Source: an uncultured Candidatus Saccharibacteria bacterium (GTDB lineage: Bacteria; Patescibacteriota; Doudnabacteria; UBA920). Taken from it: a stretch of DNA of 64,000 bases. The notes under the pieces are model-generated. The model made no database searches. It saw nothing but the letters and a program-made list of their open reading frames with translations, and had not been told where the DNA came from. Both the position numbers and the translations under genes were made by a program. Of this stretch, positions 45,523 through 55,204 are shown piece by piece. The stretch lies in the NCBI GenBank assembly GCA_964483665.1, contig CAZACP010000001.1, positions 70,358 through 134,357 of the forward strand. The letters are read 5' to 3'. How positions within the stretch are numbered: position 1 is the stretch's first letter; every line of letters begins with the position of its first letter.

Positions 45523-47169
45523 TTAATTTTTTCCCATCCCCTTCATTAAAAGCCCGGTGTGTTCGCCTTTTCTGGCTTTCGGAGTTACCCAAAATTCTAA
45601 ATATTTACCAAACATAAGTCGGGTTTGCGCTTCAACTGCCGGCAGGCTGCCAAAAACCACTTCCGAAACGGGAACAAAAAACCATTGCAAATACATAGAA
45701 ACAGTTTTCCATTTGCCGTATTTGGCCGGCCTTTTGGGCAAAAGCACAAAGTTAATGTATACGCTAATTATTAAAAACAAAAGTGCAATATTCATTAAGG
45801 TCTTGGTGACGGTGGGCAAATTAAACGCGGCCACTGAGTTAATAAATTCATTTCCGCCAATAACCAAAGGCAGCCAGCCTAAAGTGGCTATCATAATACT
45901 GGCCGTGGCCCAATGGAAATTTTGCTCCCAGTACTGGAATAGTTTGTAGACTTTGTCATGCAAAGGCGCTTTGCTTTTTATAACCGGCCAAATTAAGTGC
46001 GGCCAGTATTCCACATTGTAAGCCCAGCGACGTTTTTGTTTATACTGATTTTTTAAGGTTTGCCAGGTTGTTTCGGCCAAGCAGGTATCTAAGCTTACGG
46101 GTATAAACAAGGGCGCGACTTTGTAGTCGCCGTTGTAATGCAAATAGCATTGCCAATACACAAAACCGTCTTCGTTAACAATGTCTTTTTTCCAAAAACC
46201 AATATCCATTAGCGCCTTTAAAGTCATAGTATGGGAAGAAAAAGTCCTTAAGCGGTCGGGGCGGCTGCTTTCAGAAAACTGCCAAAACGAATTGGAAACC
46301 GAAACTAAACGCACTATTGCGGGGGTGTCCCAAATATTGTTGTTATAAATGGCAATGGGTTGGTAGCTGGTTTGGTAAGGTTTTTCTGCGGTTAAAAATT
46401 CGTACATAACTCGGGCAAAGTACTGAGGATGCACAACGGTATCTGAATCAAAATTTGAAACCAAAATTTGATCCGTGGTTAGACTTAAATTTTTTAGCTC
46501 CGGCAGAATAGATTCAACCGCGTAACTGGCATTGGCGCTTTTGCCCTTTATTTCGCCGGGCAGTCCGTCCGGGTGAACCGTAATAAAAATTTTGTAAAAG
46601 CTGTTTGAATAATTTTGTTTTATTTGGTCGGCAATTTTTAGGGCATTTTCCCCGGCTCTTTCTTCGGCTGCCAGCAATAAAATAAGCTTGTCTTTCGGGT
46701 AATTCGCGCCGGCTAGGGAGGCAATGCTTGAATTTAAAACTTCGTAGCTTTCACTAACAAACGGAATTAGAATTAAATGAAAAAAATGCTCGTAGTTGCC
46801 CGGATTTTTTTTTAGGGCTTGTAATTTTTCAAGCTTAATAATTTCTTTTTGAATAAATTTTGTAGCGGCTTTGCTCGGAAATTTTTGTTGTCTTAAAAAG
46901 CCGATAAATTTTTCCAAATCGTCCAGCTTTTTGACATAGGTTAACCAGTCAATTTTTAAGCAGGCGCGGAATTTTTTATAGCTGGAAATTAAGTGGCTTG
47001 CCACATTTATTGCTTTCAGTATCCAGTAAATATCAAAACAAATTATAAAGACCGCGGCCCAGGTGGGTTTAAAATACGAAAGCAGCAAAGCGCCAATAAA
47101 AACACTCCAGAGCTGAAGCCCCGGAATTATTTCCCAAAATCTTTCTGCTGCGGTTCTCTGCCTGAACAT
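45523..47169 (-). CDS. Membrane GT2 family glycosyltransferase
   Basis: GKSAN, DSD, ED, QKRRW (QxxRW) plus TM helices. Confidence 0.88.
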   Translation of the reverse strand: MFRQRTAAERFWEIIPGLQLWSVFIGALLLSYFKPTWAAVFIICFDIYWILKAINVASHLISSYKKFRACLKIDWLTYVKKLDDLEKFIGFLRQQKFPSKAATKFIQKEIIKLEKLQALKKNPGNYEHFFHLILIPFVSESYEVLNSSIASLAGANYPKDKLILLLAAEERAGENALKIADQIKQNYSNSFYKIFITVHPDGLPGEIKGKSANASYAVESILPELKNLSLTTDQILVSNFDSDTVVHPQYFARVMYEFLTAEKPYQTSYQPIAIYNNNIWDTPAIVRLVSVSNSFWQFSESSRPDRLRTFSSHTMTLKALMDIGFWKKDIVNEDGFVYWQCYLHYNGDYKVAPLFIPVSLDTCLAETTWQTLKNQYKQKRRWAYNVEYWPHLIWPVIKSKAPLHDKVYKLFQYWEQNFHWATASIMIATLGWLPLVIGGNEFINSVAAFNLPTVTKTLMNIALLFLIISVYINFVLLPKRPAKYGKWKTVSMYLQWFFVPVSEVVFGSLPAVEAQTRLMFGKYLEFWVTPKARKGEHTGLLMKGMGKN

Positions 47170-47177
47170 ATAAAATT

Positions 47178-47516
47178 TTAATTCGCCCTAATAATTAATA
47201 TTAAAGCAAATAAAAGCACTAATTGAATTATTAGGCTCATACCGGCTAAAAGGGGGGAATAAAACATACGAGTCATTTTTGTCAGTCTGAAAAAAATATA
47301 GTTTAGGGAGCATAAAAAAAACGCGGCAGCCGGTATTATGTATAACTTATTCGCCTGACCGTAATTGTCGACGCCCAGTATTACGTTGTAGTGAAGTACT
47401 ATAGTTTTTTCGGGTTGTCCGCCAATTTTGAAATAAACCAACAAAAGTGCTATAATATTTACAATAATACTCAGCGCCCAAAGAAACCAAACTTTTTTAA
47501 AAATTCCTAAAAACAT
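47178..47516 (-). CDS. Small membrane protein (DUF1648-like)
   Basis: TM-LHYNVILGVDNYG-TM-TM. Confidence 0.7.
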   Translation of the reverse strand: MFLGIFKKVWFLWALSIIVNIIALLLVYFKIGGQPEKTIVLHYNVILGVDNYGQANKLYIIPAAAFFLCSLNYIFFRLTKMTRMFYSPLLAGMSLIIQLVLLFALILIIRAN

Positions 47517-47622
47517 GGTCTAATTATAGCTTTTTCCGGCTTTTTTAACAATGCCGGATATAAGCCTTAAGGCACTTAGCTTTTTTGCAAATAAAGCAAA
47601 TAATCCATAATTCGAGTCTGGA

Positions 47623-49488
47623 ATGTCGCCAAAACAAAAATTTTTACTTTTTTTAATTCTGCTTTTAACTATATTTTTTAGGTTTTTCTTAATTCGCCAA
47701 ATGCCGGGCGGACTTTTTCCTGACATGGCTGCGAATGGTTTAGATATAAACCTAATGCAGCAAGGGCAGTTACAGCCTTTTTATGAGCGCGGCAATGGCC
47801 GTGAAGCCCTATTTTTTTATATGGAGTGGGCCAGTGTTGCTTTGTTTGGCAAAGGCGTGTGGCAATTTAGCATAGTCCCCGCTTTGGTTGGCACGCTTTC
47901 AGTTTTAGCTTGTTTTTTTGTTACCAGGCGGCTTTTTATGATTGGCAAGGAAGAAAATAGCACTCTTAAATCCCCCACAAACCCAAGCGGGGCTTTTGCT
48001 TACGACTCGCTTGTTCCAAAAGGCCTTTCTTCGGCCTTTAGTCAGATACAGGGCAAGTTTGCGGTTTTTGACCCAAGTGAAAATTTAAAAAATCGGGCGA
48101 CGAACATTGCGTTACTGGCATCTTTTTTAATGGCAGTTTCATACTGGCATATTGTTTTGTCGCGTACCGCGTTTAGGGCGACTTTAATTCCTCTTTTTTC
48201 CGCGTTAACCATATATTTTTTGCTACGCACATATCAGGCGGTTAATTCTGGCGACCGGGTAAGAGCCGCTTTTTTTAGCGGCGCGAGTTTTGCTTTGGGT
48301 TTTTACACTTACATAGCTTTTAGGATTATGGCGCCTATTTTATTTATGGCTTTGCTCTGGCCGTTTTTGGCGACCCTTAAAACCAAAATGGTTAAAGCGG
48401 CTTTATTTAGGTACTTTATGCCCGGGTTAGCGTTTGTTTTTGCTTTTATAATTTTTATTTTCCCGTTGGCAAAATATTTTTATTCCCACCCCGGTTCTTT
48501 TGTCGGCCGAAGCGGACAGGTTAGTATTTTTAACCCAAGTTTATATCTGGTAGACGGCCAACAGCTTTCCGGAAATCAGCCCCCTGCGGTTGCCCTAAAT
48601 GTGTTTTTTGAAGTTGCCAAGGTTTCGCTCCTTGGATTTTTTACCCAGGGAGATTTAAATTGGCGCCATAATATTTCGGGCGCCCCGTTTTTGTCCCAAA
48701 TCGTGAGCCCGTTCTTTGGACTCGGGCTAGTTTTAGTTACTCTTATGGGTATTGGTTACTTTTTTATGCCAAACAAAAGGGCGGATTGGTGGAAATATTT
48801 TTTGCTTACCGGCTGGTTTTGGGGTATGCTTTTGCCGGTTGCTACGACCGCGGAAGGCATCCCGCATGGCTTAAGGGCTATTGGGCTTATTCCCCCGGTG
48901 TTCATAATTTCAGCCTGGGCAATTTATAGGTTTGCCGAATACATTAAGGCTGCCCATGAAAAAATTTGGCATCGCTGTGAAAAATGCCACGAAGAACACC
49001 TTGAGTCAGTTTCGCGTTTTTTTAGAAAAACGTTGGCGACCTGGGGTTTAAAAATTGCAGCTGTTTGTTTTTTTGTTGCTTTAATTTTGCAGAGCTACTT
49101 TTTGTATTTTGTTTACGCCTACAATAGCCCTGAAAATTTTTATTTTTTTAGAAGCGACTTAACTCCGGTGAGCGAGTATTTAATTAAGGAATGCAATAAA
49201 GACAAAACTTATTTAGTTTTAGACAAATTTTCAGTTCAAACCACCGACTATTTAACTTCGGACAGGTACGGTAATTTTAACTCCCCTTGTAATGTACCGT
49301 ACAAACAAGTTGACCCGGAAAACTCTTGGAAGCTTTCGGGACTTAAAAAGGGAGATAAAATAGTTTTTACCCAAAGCTCGATTTTCGACATTAAAAAATT
49401 TAAACAATACCACCCTAACACCAGCTTAATAAAAGAAAGCAGAAATAAATTTGGCCAGGCTGTTATGGCGGTTTATGAAGTAAATTAA
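47623..49488 (+). CDS. GT-C fold glycosyltransferase (ArnT/PMT-like)
   Basis: N-terminal TM, GLFPD, WHIVLSRTAFR, multiple TMs. Confidence 0.8.
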   Translation: MSPKQKFLLFLILLLTIFFRFFLIRQMPGGLFPDMAANGLDINLMQQGQLQPFYERGNGREALFFYMEWASVALFGKGVWQFSIVPALVGTLSVLACFFVTRRLFMIGKEENSTLKSPTNPSGAFAYDSLVPKGLSSAFSQIQGKFAVFDPSENLKNRATNIALLASFLMAVSYWHIVLSRTAFRATLIPLFSALTIYFLLRTYQAVNSGDRVRAAFFSGASFALGFYTYIAFRIMAPILFMALLWPFLATLKTKMVKAALFRYFMPGLAFVFAFIIFIFPLAKYFYSHPGSFVGRSGQVSIFNPSLYLVDGQQLSGNQPPAVALNVFFEVAKVSLLGFFTQGDLNWRHNISGAPFLSQIVSPFFGLGLVLVTLMGIGYFFMPNKRADWWKYFLLTGWFWGMLLPVATTAEGIPHGLRAIGLIPPVFIISAWAIYRFAEYIKAAHEKIWHRCEKCHEEHLESVSRFFRKTLATWGLKIAAVCFFVALILQSYFLYFVYAYNSPENFYFFRSDLTPVSEYLIKECNKDKTYLVLDKFSVQTTDYLTSDRYGNFNSPCNVPYKQVDPENSWKLSGLKKGDKIVFTQSSIFDIKKFKQYHPNTSLIKESRNKFGQAVMAVYEVN

Positions 49489-49489
49489 T

Positions 49490-49993
49490 ATGCAACCTCT
49501 ATCCCCCCGCACTAAAACTTATTTAATGGTCTTAGGTGTTACTTTAGCAGGAGCTGTAGCCTGCTTTGTTTTGCTTGGACAAATAAACAAGCTGCAGGAC
49601 GACAGTGAAGCTGTGGCAAATTTGCCGTTTAGAAGAAAAGAAATTAAAACGCCTGTCACAAATCAAAATGAATCGTTCATTAACGAAAGTCTTTCTTTAA
49701 AAGTAGGACAATCTTACATATTTGGCAAAAATGGCAGCACATTTAAACTGGTTTCGGTTAACGATTCCCGCTGTCCGGCAGACCCTAAAATTGCCTGCGT
49801 GTGGGCAGGTACGGTAACTGCTAAGGTTGAAGTTTCAAACAATAAAACCTTGGTCGGCATTAAGGAAGTTGAAATGAACAAAACAAGCATAATTGGCAAT
49901 TACAGCATTAATTTGGTTGAAGTTATTCCTAGCGTAAAGAATACCGACACACAAACGTCAGAATATTTGTTAAAATTTAAAATAAAAAATTAA
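49490..49993 (+). CDS. Membrane-anchored hypothetical protein
   Basis: TM followed by DSRCPADPKIACVWAG motif. Confidence 0.75.
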   Translation: MQPLSPRTKTYLMVLGVTLAGAVACFVLLGQINKLQDDSEAVANLPFRRKEIKTPVTNQNESFINESLSLKVGQSYIFGKNGSTFKLVSVNDSRCPADPKIACVWAGTVTAKVEVSNNKTLVGIKEVEMNKTSIIGNYSINLVEVIPSVKNTDTQTSEYLLKFKIKN

Positions 49994-49996
49994 AAT

Positions 49997-51652
49997 ATGA
50001 ATCAAAATATGTCCCGCGGAGCGGGGTCTGCCTTTGGCGGAAAAAAATATTTACCTTTGTTTGTGATTTTAATTATTGGAACAGTTTTAAGGTTTTACCA
50101 TAACCTTGACATTTCCATTTGGCATGACGAAGCTTTTTCAGCATTGTTAGTAAAATATAATTGGAGCGAAATGCTTTACCGAATAGGTCTAGACGTACAC
50201 CCGCCTATGTATTATATTTTTCTGAAACTCTGGTCATATTTATTTAACAACGGGGCTCTGGCTTTACGCGGGTTTTCTATTTTCTTCGGTGTGGCAGGAA
50301 TTTGGGCTGCTTGGCTGTTTGTTAAAGTCGGATTTAAAAGTGAAAAAGCCGCTAACTGGTCGGCTTTGCTTATTGCTTTAAACCCATATATTATAGATTT
50401 TTCCACAGAAGCCAGAATGTATACCTTTGGAGCCTTCTTTGCGCTAATGGCCGCTTATTTTTTGGTCAAAGCCTTAGAAGAACAAAAACAGTTTAGCGAC
50501 GACCAAGGTTTGCATATGCCCAATTTGCCGAAAGACATTAGCTTACGCCGCCACTATGTTTGGCATTACCTAGCTTTTGCAATTTTTAGCGGGGTAGCCA
50601 TTCTAACTCACTACTATCTGCTTTTCACTGCCGCCGCTTTGTGTCTTTATGGTTTAATTTACCAAATTTACCATTATAGAATCAAAATAAAAAAATATTG
50701 GGAATTTTTAGCTGCTTGTGTTTTGATTGCGGTTTCATTTTTGCCCTGGCTAAAAATATTTATCTTTCAGGTGCGCCAGGTAGGTCAGGGTTATTGGATT
50801 CCGTCCATGACTATTTGGAGCATACCGGGAACTTTGTGGACAATTCTCCTCGGAGTTTACCATAACGATAGCGGCTACTATACTCAAAAAATACTTATAG
50901 CGCTTTTTTTATTCAGCATATTTTTCTTTTGGCGGTTTTTAAAAAAAACCGGTTCATGGGCGAAGTGGCTGGTCCTGCTGGCTTCCGTCTTCCCTTTTTT
51001 GGGAGCTATTGGATTTTTAATTATCGCTCAGCTTAAAGGCAGCGGAACCTCGGTGTTTCAGGAAAGATACTTTTTATACGCAGGCATATTTTACTTAATT
51101 GCTTTGTCGGTTTGGCTGTCTGAAATAAAAATAAAATGGCTCGCAGCCGGACTTTTTGTTTCTTATGCGCTTTACAACCTATACGCTTTTAACTATCATT
51201 GGCAGGGCTTGGACATAAAGAACAAGCCGGGCATGAAAGAGGCCGCAAAGTATTTGTCTGCCAATGTAGAAGCCGGGCACCATGTTTTTGTCGGAACTTC
51301 CTATGAATTTTTTAATTATAAATATTACGCCTCAACAAGCGCAAAAATTCCTGTTCGTCCCCTATTGTATACCGGCGGCAGGTCTGACATAAGCCAAATT
51401 TCTCACGTAGAGGGCGTGGCAATTTTAACCAATCAAGACTTAGCGCCGGATTTTAACGCCTTAGCCAATAAAGGCGACACAGTCTGGCTTTTATGGACGT
51501 ATGCCTTTGGTTCTAAAAGGCCCGAAGTCCCCGGTAATTGGGTTGTTATCGAGCAGGCGGAACAAAATCAAAAAGAACAGGCAAAAGAGTTTCCGGACGT
51601 CAGACCCTGGATAGGTAGCAGCATATATATTACCCAGTACAAAGTTAACTAA
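49997..51652 (+). CDS. GT-C fold glycosyltransferase (GT39/PMT-like)
   Basis: SIWHDE, DVHPPMYY, STEARMY. Confidence 0.85.
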   Translation: MNQNMSRGAGSAFGGKKYLPLFVILIIGTVLRFYHNLDISIWHDEAFSALLVKYNWSEMLYRIGLDVHPPMYYIFLKLWSYLFNNGALALRGFSIFFGVAGIWAAWLFVKVGFKSEKAANWSALLIALNPYIIDFSTEARMYTFGAFFALMAAYFLVKALEEQKQFSDDQGLHMPNLPKDISLRRHYVWHYLAFAIFSGVAILTHYYLLFTAAALCLYGLIYQIYHYRIKIKKYWEFLAACVLIAVSFLPWLKIFIFQVRQVGQGYWIPSMTIWSIPGTLWTILLGVYHNDSGYYTQKILIALFLFSIFFFWRFLKKTGSWAKWLVLLASVFPFLGAIGFLIIAQLKGSGTSVFQERYFLYAGIFYLIALSVWLSEIKIKWLAAGLFVSYALYNLYAFNYHWQGLDIKNKPGMKEAAKYLSANVEAGHHVFVGTSYEFFNYKYYASTSAKIPVRPLLYTGGRSDISQISHVEGVAILTNQDLAPDFNALANKGDTVWLLWTYAFGSKRPEVPGNWVVIEQAEQNQKEQAKEFPDVRPWIGSSIYITQYKVN

Positions 51653-51687
51653 GTATGAAAAATCCTCCGAAAATCGGAGGATTTTTA

Positions 51688-52368
51688 TTAGCTGATTTTT
51701 GTTCCCTGGAAACTCCTATTTTCCAGAATATTTTTTAAATTTTCTAAATTTTTGCCGTTCGCGATTATCACCTTAAGCTTATTTGTTTTTGCTAAAACCG
51801 CGGCGGTCGGGTCAAATGGGGCATTTAGACCCGGACTCCATTTTTTTCCGGTTATTTTTAACAGACCGTCCCAGGAAATGCCGTGTATTTTTTTGGCGTC
51901 AGCAAATTTTTTTGGATCCTTGTCATACAAAAAGTCAATGTTGCTTAAGTTTATAACCGTATCCGCCCCGTAAGTTTTGGCCAAAATAACCGCGTCTTTG
52001 TCTGTGCTGCAGCCCGGTTTCCATCCGCCGGCCAAAAGAATTTTTTCCTTAAAATTCAATTTTTTGGTTGGGTCGGAAACGATTTGCGAATTCGCTAGTT
52101 TACCAAACATCATTCTTATAAAATGTGCGTTGGTATGGGTGGTGTAAATGCCCATCATGTCCAGGTCCTTGTGGCTTATGGCTGTAAGCTGGTTTAAGGC
52201 GCCCTGGTATTTGCGGCAAACTTTCCCCCCGCCGGTTATTAATATAAAACGGCGGCCTTTTTTTATTTGGGATTCAATGAGTTTTTTAAAGTTTTTTAAA
52301 AAACTTACGTCAATGTCTTCAGGGAAAATAAGCGAGCCACCAAGCGAAATAATAATTGGTTTGTTCAT
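51688..52368 (-). CDS. pyrH: UMP kinase (archaeal-type)
   Basis: SLGGS, TGGG, GGWKPGCSTD, YDKDP, PFDP. Confidence 0.9.
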   Translation of the reverse strand: MNKPIIISLGGSLIFPEDIDVSFLKNFKKLIESQIKKGRRFILITGGGKVCRKYQGALNQLTAISHKDLDMMGIYTTHTNAHFIRMMFGKLANSQIVSDPTKKLNFKEKILLAGGWKPGCSTDKDAVILAKTYGADTVINLSNIDFLYDKDPKKFADAKKIHGISWDGLLKITGKKWSPGLNAPFDPTAAVLAKTNKLKVIIANGKNLENLKNILENRSFQGTKIS

Positions 52369-52388
52369 ATTAATCCCAATGGTTTAAG

Positions 52389-53327
52389 TTAATTTTTAAT
52401 GGGGTTTTCTATAGGGGTGGAAGTTGCAGTCCCGGCAACTTGTGTTTGCTTTTGGTTAGCGCAGGCCGTATTTCTGTAGCAGACATAGGCTCTTTCCGGG
52501 ACTCTTAGGTCAATGTAGCCCAAGGTTTCACCGGGTGAAATTTTTGTGAACAGCGTGCTTAGCGAATTTAGGCTTTCTTCCCAGGTTGTTTTAACATCAA
52601 ATTTTATTAAATAATTTTGCTGCGTTTCTACAATTAAATCCTGCTCGTTCTTAAAATCAATTTGAAAGTTTTTTACTTTTTGATTACTTACTTCGACTAA
52701 GTTCGAGCTTATTTTGTTTAGCAGACTAGTTTGGTCTTCCGAAAGCACTTTTTGGCCTATAACCCAATCCCCTGTCTGAGAAAAATTTATTTGGGTTAAA
52801 TTATTCTTTTCGGGCATAGGATCTAAAGACGTAATAATTCCGTCAGAGGAAATTTGGTAGCTAAAAGGGCCGCTTTGAGAGACATATTTTGCGTAGCGAG
52901 GGTTGATATTTAAAGTAATAGATGCGGGTAAATCTTTTTCTATGCTTGAAATTTCTTTAATGAATAAATTATTCTTTTCCAAACTATTTTTTAAAGCCGT
53001 TTTATTTAAAAGCAAAATATTTGTTTGCGGAAACAGGCTTCTTTTTTTTAAAAAAGTCTGAATCTGCCCTAAAACTTTTTCCCGTTCCTCAATTTTTAGC
53101 CCGTTAACCTCTATATTTTTAATATATAAGAAATTGGGTATGTAGGTTAAGTAGCTTAAAAGGCCTAAAACAAAGACTAAAGCCAGTTTAGACGGCCAAG
53201 TCTCAAGGCCGATTTTGGCAAAAAAAATCTCCTTGCTGGTTTGGGGGATTTTTCTTGCATTTCTTTTATAATGCCTGGCGCTGTCCAGTTTGTGCTTAAA
53301 ATTTTGGTTTTGGTAACGAAACTGCAT
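52389..53327 (-). CDS. FtsQ/DivIB-like protein
   Basis: TM, POTRA-like IKNIEVNG, C-terminal YIDLRVPERAY. Confidence 0.7.
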   Translation of the reverse strand: MQFRYQNQNFKHKLDSARHYKRNARKIPQTSKEIFFAKIGLETWPSKLALVFVLGLLSYLTYIPNFLYIKNIEVNGLKIEEREKVLGQIQTFLKKRSLFPQTNILLLNKTALKNSLEKNNLFIKEISSIEKDLPASITLNINPRYAKYVSQSGPFSYQISSDGIITSLDPMPEKNNLTQINFSQTGDWVIGQKVLSEDQTSLLNKISSNLVEVSNQKVKNFQIDFKNEQDLIVETQQNYLIKFDVKTTWEESLNSLSTLFTKISPGETLGYIDLRVPERAYVCYRNTACANQKQTQVAGTATSTPIENPIKN

Positions 53328-53370
53328 ATATGACAAAATTAAAAAACTGCAAAAATTTTTGTATCAAGAT

Positions 53371-54747
53371 TTACTTCTGCTCTTTCTTACTATTGCCGTC
53401 GGTTTTGTCATTTTTTATTACGTCTTTGCCAACATAAGGTCTTAAAATTTCCGGCACTATAATTGAACCATCTTTTTGCTGGTAGTTTTCCCATATTGCT
53501 ATTAAAATTCTGGGTGAAGCTACCACGGTGTTGTTTAAAGTATAAACGTGCTTTGTTTTTCCGTCCGCTGTTTTGTACTTTATGTTAAGCCTTCTGGCCT
53601 GCCAGTCGGTTAGGTTTGAATCAGAATGAGTTTCGCCGTAATTGCTTCGGGCCGGCATCCAGGTTTCTACGTCGTACATTTTGTATTTGCCCGCGCCCAT
53701 ATCGCCGGTACAAATATTAAGGACGCGATGCGGGAGTTTTAAATCCTTTAACATTTCTTGGGCAATTTCCCTCATATTCTCCAGCCATTGGTCGCTTTCT
53801 AAAATATCGGCTTTGCAAAGTACTACCTGTTCAACTTTCATAAATTCGTGAATCCTGTAAATGCCTTTTGTGTCTTTGCCGTAACTGCCGACTTCTCCCC
53901 TAAAACACGGACTAATTCCGCAAACTTTTATGGGTAAATCCTTTTCATTTAAAGTTTTGTCCGCGTAGTAAGCTAAAAGCGCGGGTTCGCTAGTACCCCC
54001 AAGGTAAATTTTTTCAGAAGAGCCGCTCTTAATTTCTTCTTCGGTTAAAACCTGGTACTGTTCTGCTTTGCCAAAAGGAAAATGGCCGCTGCCGTAATAG
54101 GCAAAGTCTTTGCCTAAGGCCGGCGGAATCATAAGCCCGAAGCCTTTGGCCTGCATTTTTTTAATAGCGTGCCAAATAAGTCCGTACTGCATAAGCACAG
54201 CCTCATTTTTTAAGTAGTAGCCTCTAAAGCCGGCGGTTTTTACTCCGGCTTCCAAGTCGAGCATATTTAAACTGGCGCCGAGCTCAATATGGTCTTTAAT
54301 AGGAAAATCGAATTTCGGCGGAACTTGCGCGGCTTTGTCCACGTCTTTGGCGTCTAAATCGCCTAAAGTAGGCGACCAATATCTCCAGGGCACATTTGCG
54401 CTGTCATCCGGCCCTACCGGTGTTTCCGGGCTTGGAATGTTTGGAACTAAGTACATTAGCTGGTCGTACTCGGTTTGGATTTGATTTACTTTTATTTTAA
54501 GCTCATCGGTTTTTGCGTCTACTTCCTTCATTTCCAACAGCTTGGCTTTTTTATCTTCGCCTTCAAGCTTGGGTATTTCCTTGGAAGCCTGGTTTTTTGA
54601 CGCCTGCAAACTTTCAAGCTCAGTTAAGAAAGTTCTTCTTTGGGCGTCTAGGTCTAAAAGCCGGTCTAAATCTAAGTTAATGCGCTTGTTTTTTATGGCT
54701 TCTTTAAGTTTTTCCGCGTTCTCGCGAATGAATTTTATGTCTAACAT
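53371..54747 (-). CDS. serS: Serine--tRNA ligase
   Basis: MLDIKFIREN, GTSE, FRGE, RIHEFMKVEQ. Confidence 0.97.
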   Translation of the reverse strand: MLDIKFIRENAEKLKEAIKNKRINLDLDRLLDLDAQRRTFLTELESLQASKNQASKEIPKLEGEDKKAKLLEMKEVDAKTDELKIKVNQIQTEYDQLMYLVPNIPSPETPVGPDDSANVPWRYWSPTLGDLDAKDVDKAAQVPPKFDFPIKDHIELGASLNMLDLEAGVKTAGFRGYYLKNEAVLMQYGLIWHAIKKMQAKGFGLMIPPALGKDFAYYGSGHFPFGKAEQYQVLTEEEIKSGSSEKIYLGGTSEPALLAYYADKTLNEKDLPIKVCGISPCFRGEVGSYGKDTKGIYRIHEFMKVEQVVLCKADILESDQWLENMREIAQEMLKDLKLPHRVLNICTGDMGAGKYKMYDVETWMPARSNYGETHSDSNLTDWQARRLNIKYKTADGKTKHVYTLNNTVVASPRILIAIWENYQQKDGSIIVPEILRPYVGKDVIKNDKTDGNSKKEQK

Positions 54748-54780
54748 AAAAAATAGTGATTAGTGCTAAGTGCTTAGTAA

Positions 54781-55191
54781 TTAGTTTAAAAGATCAACAG
54801 TCTTTTGAATATTTTTGAATGTGTTGTAGTTCTTTACTTCTTTTAATGGTACGAATTTTAATTCTGCGATTTCCTGGTCAAGCCCGGCTTTTAATTCCCC
54901 GGAAATAATTTTACATTCGTATGACATTACAATAACCTGTGTTTCTTTATTTAGCATTTCCGAAAAAATTTTTGGTAGTAGTCTAGTTATTTCAACTTCC
55001 ACCCCGGCTTCTTCCAAAACTTCTCTTTTTAATGCTTCTTCCGGATTTTCCCCAAACTCTATTCCCCCGCCAACAAACTCCCATTTGTCGTGCGCATCTT
55101 TTAAACCAGGCTCGTTTCGTCTTGCCAGTAAAACATCGCCATTTTCATTTCTAATTATTGCCACAACAATAGTTATTTGATTTTTTCCCAT
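54781..55191 (-). CDS. NUDIX hydrolase (MutT-like)
   Basis: GGGIEFGENPEEALKREVLEEAG Nudix box. Confidence 0.9.
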   Translation of the reverse strand: MGKNQITIVVAIIRNENGDVLLARRNEPGLKDAHDKWEFVGGGIEFGENPEEALKREVLEEAGVEVEITRLLPKIFSEMLNKETQVIVMSYECKIISGELKAGLDQEIAELKFVPLKEVKNYNTFKNIQKTVDLLN

Positions 55192-55204
55192 AATATCCAA
55201 ATAT

